A stretch of 61,267 nucleotides of DNA, counting the filler, from Globobulimina sp. (Eukaryota), in NCBI GenBank assembly GCA_003354225.1. It is 22 parts of 22 records of this genome, joined end to end, with 100 filler letters (N's around TTAATTAATTAA, not from the genome) between each part and the next. Parts side by side here need not be neighbours in the genome. Positions count along the whole stretch, not along the records: positions 30,695 to 33,383 come from PIVH01005336.1; positions 33,484 to 36,172 come from PIVH01005337.1; positions 36,273 to 38,961 come from PIVH01005338.1; positions 39,062 to 41,750 come from PIVH01005339.1; positions 41,851 to 44,539 come from PIVH01005340.1; 17 more parts are not named here. The stretch is one strand, 5' to 3'. The position numbers and the translations under genes are program-made. The notes under the pieces were generated by a model. The model made no database searches. It was not told where the DNA came from and saw only the letters and a program-made list of their open reading frames with translations. Below, in pieces: positions 30,901-42,672 of this stretch (position 1 is the first letter of the stretch; every line of letters begins with the position of its first letter).

Positions 30901-33383
30901 ATGTATTGTATTGTGTTGTTTTTTACAATCAATAACATACTAAGCATACAATCATATAATACTCCGAAAAAATTGTTTTTAATTATTATTTATCTTGTAT
31001 GTAATACATGTAATAGCAAACCATATTATTATTTATCACCGAGCAAATTATCATTGACTGCAGCCAATCATTTTTGTATTGATCATTGTGACAGCACATT
31101 AGCATCCATTCATAACCATTTCGAAAACAATTTTGCAACCACACTCATAACAAATGAAGCTATTAATGATGAGACTTTTGTATGGATTGGATTATATTTT
31201 TCTGTAGCAAATAAAATATGGAAATGGACAGATGACACATTGTTTGATTTTGGGGCAAACTACACAGCATATCCATGGTCACAAAATACATCATTTGGGA
31301 AAAGTTATGGATGTGTTATTATAGACAGTAATTATGAATGGCAAATAAAAAATGGTGTTGAATGTGCTGGAAAACTGAGATTTTTATGTAACTCATGTCA
31401 TGGAAAATTAAATAAATATTTAATTTTAAGTAATGAAGAATTAACATACAACGAAAGTGCAAATATGTGCCATTCTGAATTAAATACAACAATGATAAGT
31501 ATCAATAACAATGAATATGACTTAAAAGAAGCACAGAAATTATGTGAATGGGGCGCAAGGAAAGATTGTTGGATCGGAGATGAGCAAAACCTATATAATA
31601 ATTCGTGTATTGTTTTGAAACAAAATGCGAGATTTGCGTTGAGTGATGATTTGTGTTCAAATAAAAACAATTTTTTATGTGGAAATCCGAACGAACTATG
31701 TTATGATTATAATTGGGACAGTTTATATCATGAGAAACTGTGGATTTGACGAATGTAATATTATGGAGGATGCCAAATATATGGATAAAGTTGTAATTAA
31801 TACAAAGAAAAAATGGGTAAATTATAATAAACAGTTAATTGTCGAATATATTTACGAAATGAAGCAAATGAATATTGGTATTGGAATTGCTGGCGTTTTA
31901 ATATACAATTTTAATGAAAATAGTATTTGCACTCATTATTATATTGGAATCGCAGATGAATGGTATAAAAAAAGAATATTTTTAAGTAAATATTATGAAA
32001 ATACAGAATATGAATTGCAATCCGTTATTGTTAATAATGATAGTTTGCAACTACAAAATGCATTTTATATATTATATATTGAGGTAATTAACGGTACGAG
32101 TTATAATATTAAACTAAATAATAAACAATATATTTTATTCAAAGACAATTCGACTGATATTGACGGCACAACAAACGACGATAATTCTGCTTATATTGGA
32201 TTAAAAATGTATAATGTACGTATTGATAGTAAATCATTATACGTTTCAGGATCGTCGATATATACAAATAATAGCAGTGTTTTTAATAAATGTAAACCAA
32301 AGAACATATTATTTGAGCCATTATATCCTCCAACAAATGCACCAACACTTAATGCCCTAATATATGGAGTTACAATTGAAATAAAATTTGAATCACAATC
32401 ATCAGTCCACAGTTTAAATAAATCAATAATAAAAATAAAAAACATTGTATCGGATTCGGATATAAATAATTGTAACAAATCATTGACCCATTCCATAAAT
32501 ATTAAATCATTAAATTATGAAACAACAATCACTGACAATATTATTGTGTGTAACAGAGACATACAACAAATGTTAACAGTCTATATTCAAAATAACAGCC
32601 AATTAATTATTGAGAATATCAGAAATATTCCAGAAACAGAAGCAATTACAATAAATGTTATTCCATTTACAATTGCAAACAATCATAATTCCGATTCAAT
32701 GAAACCAACAAAAGCTCCAAGTTCAAAAAATACAGTTATAGTAATAGCAGATAATAGGAATTCGAATGGTTTATCCATAATAATTTTATATATCATAGGT
32801 GCAGTTTGTGTGTCGATATTCTGTGTATTTATTGTTTGTGGTTTAGTTATTTTGAAATCAAGAACCTTGGATAGAATATCAGAAGAAGATGATTTTAATA
32901 TTACTAAAGAAGCATTTGTGATGAGTGAAAATAAAGGTTTTCAGATGGAAGATAATGGAGAAAGTATATCTGATTTAAGTCCGAATGAAAGAGATCGACG
33001 AATTACCAATATTAATGATGAAGGCATTGAATTATTTCAAATGAAACAAAAACAATCACAATTTGTGATTGAAGGCGATGATTATAATGATTATAATGAT
33101 GATGCTTTGAGCTACATTGTTGGCAATAATAATAATAAAGTAACAGTTGGAATGAATGGTAATATGGCTATACCAAATTATATACAAAATGATGATGAAA
33201 GTATTACGAGTACAGAGAGTATGGCAAGTCCCAATAATAAGAATAATAATAATTATGCAACGTTAACTGCATTTGTTAAAAAAAGATCTGCTTATTCACC
33301 AATTGAGGATAATGATGATTTTGTTGCGAAGAGTTATTATCATAATGATGACCCATTGTCTTTGTTAAATAACCCAAATTACG
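30901..33383 (+). CDS. Single-pass receptor with two C-type lectin domains, PTxAPT stalk and TM; frameshift at about 31745, 3' truncated
   Basis: A..FC....LASIH, VWIGL, WKWTD, RFLC, and a second CWIG..FLC. TM IIILYIIGAVCVSIFCVFIVCGLVIL is in the overlapping second ORF. Confidence 0.8.
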
Positions 33384-33864
33384 NNNNNNNNNNNNNNNNN
33401 NNNNNNNNNNNNNNNNNNNNNNNNNNNTTAATTAATTAANNNNNNNNNNNNNNNNNNNNNNNNNNNNNNNNNNNNNNNNNNNNGAATTCGAAATGGTAAC
33501 AGACGTCATTGTACACGTTGTTTGTGTACTTATTGCGGGCGTTGTTGTTGTTGTTGCTGCAGAAATAGCAGAATCTAAAACATCTTTCTTCAAATTTTGT
33601 ATATGTAACATCTCCAAATTGCTGACGGCAACATGTAATTTTGAACAATATTTCTTATATTTTGCATCATTCCATGCAAATAATAAATAGATACCAAGTT
33701 AATATAAATTGTAAGATATCGAGGAGGGATTTTCGCAAAGCTGAAAAGTTGACGGGGGATTTTTGGACTTAAAATTTAATCCTCATGATTTTGACAGAAA
33801 CGATGAACAAAAGCAAATTATGGCTCCAAAACGAGCAAAAATGGAAAGATTCAAATTGTTGTCA

Positions 33865-34714
33865 TCATATATTGTGTCTCAATTCTTCTTCGGAGCAACA
33901 AAAGGGTGTTGAGAATTTATTTAATTTTCCTTTATTCACTCTTATTACTGTTTTTCCTATATCTGGATATTTTTGTCGTTTCTTATTATGTTCATTTTCC
34001 AATTTCAATGCTCCCTTTCCTTCATCCACAACATTATGTGCTAGTCCTCCGGCAATGACATCTATATTTTTTTCCGATGACATAAAATGAGTTGCAATCG
34101 TTGTAAGTTCTAATACTGATTTATGGCCCCTTGGCCTTCCTACATTTTTAGTTGCAAAACGTCTCACAACACACCCAACCGGTTCACAAAAAGCAGACGA
34201 TGATAATATTTGCGCTTGAGCCAATTCGAAAAATATCAACCACTGTTCACATTCGGTTGCTTTGTATTCCTTACATAAATTCTCCAATTCACATAATATT
34301 TGCGTATATTGCTTATAATCTGCATTCTCATAATATTTTATATATTGTTTTGCTAATAATTTCCCTTTAAAATCCTGATGTAAATACTCAAAATACCATG
34401 TTTTAATTATAAAAAATTGTAATTTAAATTCATTCACAGATTGCTCGAATAAAAATGATGTATTTTCATCTGCATTGAAGTCCTTATAACGCGTATACAA
34501 TGCGCATAATTCATCAATTCCATGAATGTCATAACTAGCTTAGAAACGCCACCTGTCTTTTGTTTGGCGGATTGCATCATCTGCTTCGCCAAAGAAATAT
34601 TCATTGCCGCAAGAATTGACACGCCAATTATCATTCCTGCGAACGATAACCATTCGATTACTCTCGGCTCGGTTGATTCTCTCAACCTAAAATTATCGTC
34701 CTGCTGCATGGTAT
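33865..34714 (-). mobile_element. Possible degenerate hAT-like transposase C-terminus (frameshifted)
   Basis: ELAQAQILSSSAFCEPVGCVV resembles the hAT dimerisation motif (P.SSA.CER.FS). Two overlapping ORFs. Confidence 0.4.
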
Positions 34715-34759
34715 GATATTAAAATGCGGACTAAAAACTTTTAGTGTGTCAGACATGAA

Positions 34760-36172
34760 ATGAAGAATAATATTAATGCGAGTAAATTGATAAAGTCTTT
34801 ACATTTAGAACAAGCGAGCAGAGGAAGAAATAAATACAATCCTGATTATAATAGACAAACAGTAGAGAAAGCTTTAAGAATATATCACAATGTAAATGAA
34901 GATAAGAACCATATCACAATCAATATTTTGTTAAAACTTTGCATAGATTTGCAACATCCAGCAATAGGTGTTTATGTTTGTGATGATATCAAAAAATTAA
35001 TTTCAGCAAAATCCCCACACTTTAAAAATATTTCATATCCATCATTTATTAAATGTTGCATTCAATCAAATAATTTCAAAAAAGGACAAGAAATTCACCA
35101 ACTGATTGAAAATAAATTCAACGATATATTCACACAAACGACATTCATTCATTTTTATGGACATTTCCATGATGTGTTTAATGCACAAAAAATATTCAAT
35201 TCCATACCAAACAAAAACAAAACAAATGTTACTGTTGGAGCGATGATGAAAGTATTTGTTGACAATGCATTGAGTGAAAAAGCGTTGTTATTATACGACC
35301 AATACATAACAAAGACCGCCGCTGTGATGTCTGTCAACCTCGACGTGGTTAATTTGTTTGCAATTAAAGCGTGCACAAATTGCGATAATTTTACCAAAGG
35401 AAAACAGATTGCACTCAACATTAAAGGACAAGATCATGCCATCCAATTATTTAATGGCATTATAGAGTTTTATGGACATTTTAAACAAATACAAAGTGCA
35501 TTGAATATATTTAGCTCCATTAACCCGAGTAAAAAAACCATAGTTACCATAAATTGTATGATGAAAGCATTGAGCAACAACGGCTTGGATCAGAAAGCTT
35601 TATTATTGTTTGATGAATATGCGCAGACGTCGATGGTTGATAATATATCAAAAGTGTTGGCCATCAAAGCATGTTTGAATAGCAATGATTTTGCGAAAGG
35701 CAAGGAAATTCACAGCAAAATCTCTGCTATCAATCCGATTTTGAGTATACAACTTTGTAATATATTGATTGATTTTTATGGAACATTTTGTGATATCCAG
35801 ACAGCATTCAACATATTTGAGTCGATTACTAATGTACACAAAACAAGTTCTACTTTGAATGTTATGATGAAAGTGTTTGTGAATCATGGACAGACTGCAG
35901 ATGCACTGTTATTGTATGATACATTGAAGAGTTTAAGAGATGATATTTCAAATATGATGGCGATCAAAGCTTGTTTGAATAGTAACAATTTATTAAAAGG
36001 AAAAGAAATCATTGACAGTAATGTTGATATTACAAATTGTAGCCTGGAGCTGAAAAATGTTTTGATTCATTTTTACGGACAAACATCAGACATTGAAAAT
36101 GCAATGACATTATTTGATACCATCCAACGTGAACATGGAAAAAAAGATATTTATTCTTTTGGAGCAATGGTT
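34760..36172 (+). CDS. Pentatricopeptide repeat protein, PLS-like, 3' truncated
   Basis: Triplets with KAC......KGKEIH (L-type), I.FYG.F.D...A..IF.SI (S-type) and T...MMK..V.N....AL.L.D (P-type). Confidence 0.92.
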
Positions 36173-36503
36173 NNNNNNNNNNNNNNNNNNNNNNNNNNNN
36201 NNNNNNNNNNNNNNNNTTAATTAATTAANNNNNNNNNNNNNNNNNNNNNNNNNNNNNNNNNNNNNNNNNNNNTTTATGTATGGAAAACCAGCAGCAAGCG
36301 TAAACAATAAATATTGTTTTTCACAAACAAGACCGGGGCTAAACCCTTAAAATTTGTTCTAAATGTAAACCCTAAAATAATACAACATTTATGTTAATTA
36401 AAAACACACGAATTAATATTCAATTTTTGAAAGAATACAAATATATAAAATTACTATAGAATAATTATCAACATAGCTAAAAATATTTTGAAACAATTAA
36501 TAT

Positions 36504-37298
36504 TTAAAAGAAACCAGTTTTCTTTTTCAACTGTTTTTGTTTCCAATCTTTTAATGCTTTAAATGCAGTTCTATTCATTCCAAATACTTTTGCAAAATCA
36601 GCATCACTTATTAATATTTCTCGATTTGCTCCTTTTAACTTTCTCGCGGCTTCAATAGATAGACACATTGGTTGCTTCTCCTCTTTCTTATCCAAATATG
36701 CTTGAATTTCATTAATATTATATTTATCAATTACAATCTCCATTGCTTCCATAATTGCAGACTCATCATAGCCAAAAGTAACTAACTGCTGAATTATATT
36801 ATTTCCTTTTTCTTCGGCCGCGGTCGGCTCACCTTTGCTTTCCTCGCGTTTGGGTATGGACGGTATGATCCTTTTAAATTTATCACTCGATGTCCATTTT
36901 TTTGCATTATCAAAAGCACCGCTTACCATTTTGGTGTGATTCCAATACTGCTTAAAAGTAATTACTCCCTCACCATTCACATCAATTTGGTTCCAAAATT
37001 CTTTCGCTTCATCAAGGTCAAAAGTGTCATAATCAACGAAGAAATCTCGAAATTCATCCCATCGAATTGCTTTATCGCCGTCGACATCCACTGATTTAAA
37101 TTTATTGCAAACACTAAAAAGCATATGAAATTTATCATTGTCCAGAATAATTTCCATAATTTCGTCTGTTTGTACCCAATCCACGAACTCGTCCAAACTA
37201 ATCACACCGTCGGCATTCTCATCTGCTAATAAGTGGCATGCCTCTCTTTGTTCTTTCTGCGTTATTCCAATCTCAGAAAGCAATTCGTTGAATTCTTC
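36504..37298 (-). CDS. EF-hand x4, UBA-like and villin headpiece protein (last exon)
   Basis: DENADGVISLDE, DVDGDKAIRWDE and DVNGEGVITFKQ loops; QLVTFGY; SDADFAKVFGMNRTAFKALKDWKQKQLKKKTGFF. Confidence 0.88.
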   Translation of the reverse strand, partial: EEFNELLSEIGITQKEQREACHLLADENADGVISLDEFVDWVQTDEIMEIILDNDKFHMLFSVCNKFKSVDVDGDKAIRWDEFRDFFVDYDTFDLDEAKEFWNQIDVNGEGVITFKQYWNHTKMVSGAFDNAKKWTSSDKFKRIIPSIPKREESKGEPTAAEEKGNNIIQQLVTFGYDESAIMEAMEIVIDKYNINEIQAYLDKKEEKQPMCLSIEAARKLKGANREILISDADFAKVFGMNRTAFKALKDWKQKQLKKKTGFF

Positions 37299-37834
37299 TG
37301 TTGCAAAGTAACAACAACAACGAATATGAGTATGTTACAATTCTCACCAATAATTCACTGTCAATATTATCAGTTGAACCTTCAATGGAATTATTTATTT
37401 GCGTGATATATAATAATCAGTAACAGCGATTTCATGGTCATCTGTATATAACAAAGTTACTTATCATATTTTCAAATAAATCTCTATAAAGGTTCAAAGG
37501 ATTGACAATGATATCATTGATATGAATTTCGTTTGTAATAATTAACGTGTATTCAATTGTTGATTATTATCTCCATCGAATGACTTGAAAATTGATTTGA
37601 GGACTATAGTGGGTGTATGTGCGTGTAGTGATAACAAGGACATGTTCTGCGTTGAGTGTGTGGTGGAGGATGGATTGTGGGTTGTTGTGAAAAACAGCAA
37701 GGTATACAAACAAGCATACATTTAATTAAGTTTTTCAACGTAATTGCACACAATCACAAAGAAACACTCATACATTCAGAAAAGCAGTATTTAAGATCGT
37801 AATAGTAGTATAGGTAAAAAAAACAAATAATTCT

Positions 37835-38961
37835 TTATTTATGTGATCTCTTCTTTAAATTATACATATGACTGGAAAACTGATCATTTCTTGCATTTTT
37901 TCTCTTTTTCATTTTCTTTTTTTTAGCTTTCTTCTTTGAAGCAGATCTACTTTTATATGACGGCGCCATTTCATCATAATTAGCATGATCCAAATCCATA
38001 AATAACGCTGGTTCCTGAACCGATTCCGTTTGTATTTGTCTCTGCATTTGATGGTCCAACGCAACATTCTCTTGGGCATAATTGGCGAGTGTCAATAACT
38101 GCCTTTTATTCATGGCATTTTTATTTAAAAATGTAGTATTTGCCGAGGTCCACGCTCTCGAACTCTCGTAATCGCCTTTTGCACACAACTCAGTGGTTAC
38201 ATGTGTGCCATATTTAGCTAATACATTAAAATCTAAATTATTTCTCACCTTCTCGCGATCCAAAGTTACCTCTTTTGTTTGCGATATCACTCGCAACATT
38301 TTGCTCCCATCCTTCTTCTGATACGAAATCTGAACTTGAAATGGCAATTCCTTCAACGCTGCAAACTCTTTTTTATGCTTTTTATTGATAACATACTCAA
38401 AAAATATGCGCGAACTCGCAAATATATTGCCACATTCTTGCACATCGCAGGCTATTTTATAGATTTTGCGTCCTTCGTTTATTTTATCTAATTGCGCAGC
38501 GGCATTATCTCCATCTTTCTGCTCATCTTTCGCTTCAACCTCCATTTTGGAGTTTGTATTGTCGTTTTCTTCCGCAATGTCGTCCAAATTCACGCGCGCC
38601 GCCTCCACCGTATCTGCAGTGCAACAAAAAACAATGTGCGCTTTTTACCGTATACAAAGAAACAAATACAACCAAACTATGAAATTTTAATCCGGGATGC
38701 AATAACTATATATCATGCAAAACAAAACAGAAATACAAACTGAAAAAATCAAGCTAAACCCATACCATTTTGGCCTGGCAATTTGTAGCAATACTTTCAT
38801 TCTCAATAATTCCCGAAAATTTCTCTGCTAAATTCAACGGATTGATTCTCTTTAAATTACCATTGGTAATTTCCACGATTTTGCCTAAATTCTCCAATTT
38901 GCAGCCACCGTCGGTGATGGATATAATGTTCACCACCACACCTTTCATCATTGCATAATCG
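37835..38961 (-). CDS. VWA/Sec23-like protein C-terminus (similar to the circularly permuted Ras protein family), spliced, 5' truncated
   Basis: IISI..GGCKLENLG....TNG....INP....F..I.....IAT and LPFQVQISY.K.DG.K.LRVI. Confidence 0.65.
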
Positions 38962-39487
38962 NNNNNNNNNNNNNNNNNNNNNNNNNNNNNNNNNNNNNNN
39001 NNNNNTTAATTAATTAANNNNNNNNNNNNNNNNNNNNNNNNNNNNNNNNNNNNNNNNNNNNGTTGCGGTCTTTTCCGGCTGTCATTGTGTCTTTCCACAA
39101 CGCCAATGTATCTTTCTACATCTGTCATTCATGCCTTTCCAGAATGTCATCCCAAAGATGCGATTAATAACAAGTTAAGAATCAAGCATCGCAAGGAACT
39201 TTTTGGATCTTTGAGGTAAGAACCAATGCCTGAAAGATTGTGTCCTATGTTGCTTCTTGTTCATGGATTTAATACAACAATTAAGCATTTATAAACTGCT
39301 ACACTTTAAACAATCTCACTTTATGGGAATGTGATGTATAAACCATTCATCGCAATGTGTCGTCAGATTAACATCAGTAAATATTTCAGTAAAAACAGAT
39401 TGCGGTTAATGCAGTATTATGATTTGAATGAAAAACAATCTCTGATTATGAAAACTCATAATTTCACTTTATACTTTACAAAAAAAT

Positions 39488-40702
39488 ATGTCAATATTCC
39501 CAAATATTTGTTGGATATTAATCACTGCCAATCACTGGGTAATTAATGGGTATATTCCACCAGTTCCAGGATACACAAATATTGAACCATTGGGAGAAGG
39601 TGGTTTCGGCAAAGTATTCAAAGCAAACAAAATTGAAACTGTCTTGTTTTATTCAAAGCAATCAAACGGCGCTTTAGAGTTTAATGAAAGAAATAAAGCA
39701 ATAAAAAGTGTTGTACTCAAACAATTGAAAGAGAGTCCTCCGCATGAACCCGTAGAATCTGATCAAGTGCCTGCCGCAATACACAAATGGTCCAAAAACA
39801 TCAAGGAAGCAGAGATTCAATTGCTTGCCAATAAACTCGATCCAATGCACAGTGCAATATTACAACGAATGCCGTTTGGTTACAGGAAAAATGTTTATTT
39901 GGAATCAGAATATTTTGGCAAACCTCTACAAACCTTAATGTCCGAGGGCTTCGAGCATGACACAATCGAATGTCTCCAGGAACGAGTTTATTCATTGCTC
40001 ACTCAAATGGCTCCACTTATAATTGACTTGAACGAACATGGAGTGCTCAACCCAGATATCACAGCAAATAACATTGTTGTAAGTACCGAACCTGATTTAC
40101 TGTTCAAACAAATTGATTATGGTTCAGCGTTTTTTCTTAAGTCACTTAAAAATGATAATTATAAAATCAGCGACATGTTAGCAGTGAAAAAGAAGCTATA
40201 TTTTACATCATTGGATTACTGGTTGATTGGTATCATGGCTGATTTGGACGAAATTGCAGAAAATGAGGCGAACAAAATGGCAATGAAACGAAGGGAATTG
40301 CAGAAAATGCAATTGCAAAAAAAAATATTGAAGAAAGAAATGGAAGAAATTGTAGATCTCATCGTAACGAAGCCATGGGTCTATGATTTGCATGCTTTGG
40401 TATTGTGTGCATTCAAAATGGCTCTTGCTCCAGAAATCATTAATTCTGACCCGTTTCTGATTGAATTGGATAAAAACAGATATTTGACACCAGATCGTGT
40501 AGGGAGACAATTAAGTGGGTTCTTTGGTGAATACATATCATACATTCAATACTTCCCGGTTTATGAAACGAAAACTTATTTTGGCGATGGAGACTGGTAT
40601 ACACATAAACAAAATTTCTTAAAATTAATGGGAACTTATAATAAGTTTGCTGACACTGCTGCATTTAAAGAAAAAGTTGAATCTTTAAAGCCATTAATGT
40701 AA
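39488..40702 (+). CDS. Divergent protein kinase with a putative signal peptide
   Basis: GEGGFGKVFK, VVLK, LNPDITANNI and IDYG. The hydrophobic first 21 aa directly precede subdomain I. Confidence 0.75.
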   Translation: MSIFPNICWILITANHWVINGYIPPVPGYTNIEPLGEGGFGKVFKANKIETVLFYSKQSNGALEFNERNKAIKSVVLKQLKESPPHEPVESDQVPAAIHKWSKNIKEAEIQLLANKLDPMHSAILQRMPFGYRKNVYLESEYFGKPLQTLMSEGFEHDTIECLQERVYSLLTQMAPLIIDLNEHGVLNPDITANNIVVSTEPDLLFKQIDYGSAFFLKSLKNDNYKISDMLAVKKKLYFTSLDYWLIGIMADLDEIAENEANKMAMKRRELQKMQLQKKILKKEMEEIVDLIVTKPWVYDLHALVLCAFKMALAPEIINSDPFLIELDKNRYLTPDRVGRQLSGFFGEYISYIQYFPVYETKTYFGDGDWYTHKQNFLKLMGTYNKFADTAAFKEKVESLKPLM

Positions 40703-41348
40703 TTCCAAATTAAAGTAGTAACTTTCCCTTTTAATGTAATTCCAAATTGAAGGCTAAATATCATCTTTAACCTTTATTATTTAATTTAGGCAATCCATAT
40801 TTTACTTTTTGTGTTCTTATTTGTGACATCTGATAGGAAAGTTTGTACGGTTGTTCTTGTCTTATTAAATGATTAAAAAATTTCAGATGCACAAATCTGA
40901 CCATATGTTCTGGAATAACTATAAACGCAAAACACATTAAGTTTTTAATTGGGTTGATAACCTTGATATCGTTGCTGAGAAGAATGAAATGGCACTGAAT
41001 TAGCGACTTTACTTTCAATTCACTTAAATGCACAATGACTAATCCAATTAAATTGAATCATAAACAACGAATAATAGAAACTGGATTGGGTTATTGCTTC
41101 AGTGCAAATGTCCCAGAAGCAAATAAGTATCATAGATATGCTGGATATTTCATGACAACATTAATTATTGAACACATTGATTGCATTGAAATGGTTTATT
41201 ATCACTGAATAATTATCAAAACCTTCTTTTTGTACATTTAAATGATAGCTCTTCATAATTTAATACCACATTCTGAATCCAAATCGATCATTATTAACAG
41301 TTTTCTCAAATTTTTTTTGTTGCAAAAAAAACTCACACCAAAATATAA

Positions 41349-41750
41349 ATGGCAGAGAATCGTGTTAAACTAATTTTACTGGGAAATGAAAAAGAGACAA
41401 AAAAATCTCATATCGTAACAACATTTGTGGTGTCAAATGGAGGCAAATATGAAGATAAATCGACAATTATTCAATCAATAAACACGAATTACAATAATAT
41501 TAATCAAATGTTAACATTTCAAACAACACAAATTAACATAACACCCACATATAATTTAAACAAACACTATAAATCAGCGCATGATCAGCAAATAAAAACA
41601 TTATACAATTCAGCAGATATTATATTTATCATTTATAATGTTTGCAATTCAAAATCCTTTCAAAATGCAATAAAATATTATGAACAATATGAAGAAAACA
41701 AAGATAAAAACGCAAATAGTATCATTGTATTAATTGGCCATAAATTTGGC
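41349..41750 (+). CDS. Ras/Rab-like protein with degenerate P-loop, 3' truncated
   Basis: KLILLG, LYNSADIIFIIYNVCNSKSF and IVLIGHK; GxxxxGKS and DTAG are absent. Confidence 0.7.
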
Positions 41751-41850
41751 NNNNNNNNNNNNNNNNNNNNNNNNNNNNNNNNNNNNNNNNNNNNTTAATT
41801 AATTAANNNNNNNNNNNNNNNNNNNNNNNNNNNNNNNNNNNNNNNNNNNN

Positions 41851-42256
41851 ATCTATAATTAACAACATTTCCTTTTACAGCATACCGTTTATCGCATTGA
41901 TTACATTTGAATGGCTTTGTTATACCATGCCTCTTAAAATCCATCGGACCACGAAATGTTTCATTGCAATCAATACATTCCATATCATATCGAACATTGA
42001 CGTTTACATTTTGTTGAAATTCTTCTTGTTTTATTATTGGAATATCATTTTGTTGAGGTTCTGTTGATTCTTCTTGTTTTATTTGATTATCATTTGAATC
42101 ATTACATTCTTGCAATTGTTTATTGATTGGATAATAATTATCGTTCATATCATGTTCGAATTCGTCTGCAATTCCATACAATGACATGATTTGTTTCAGT
42201 TTATTTTCAATTAATATATACCTCATATGCATCAAATTGATTATTTTTAGCTTCAC
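41851..42256 (-). CDS. C2H2 zinc-finger protein fragment
   Basis: CIDCNETF..FKRH and KPFKCNQCDKRY. Confidence 0.75.
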
Positions 42257-42672
42257 ACATTGTTAATGCTGAAAATAAAGTAAATGTGAAATGTATGCAA
42301 TGTATAAAAGAAGATAATGATTCTGATTCTGATTATGATTATGATTATGAATTATGATTATGATATGGAACATAATTGCTTTACATCCTGAATAATTAAT
42401 GTGTGCTTTAATTAATAAATCAAAGAGCATGCTGTCATTAGATGTCTTTGATTATTATTATTTGTGTCAAATCGTAGGTGACCATTTCTATCAATTTATT
42501 TCCAATGGATATCACACATTCTTCATCGTATTTAATATTTATTTTCAGTTTGTGGTCCTTCGAATTCATATTGTTAATACTGAAGAAAAACGTTTGTTGC
42601 TGATTTTCTAGCTGTTGCGTTCTTTGCATGGTGTCGTTTGTAATGCGTATATTGTAAACCAATCCAATCCAA

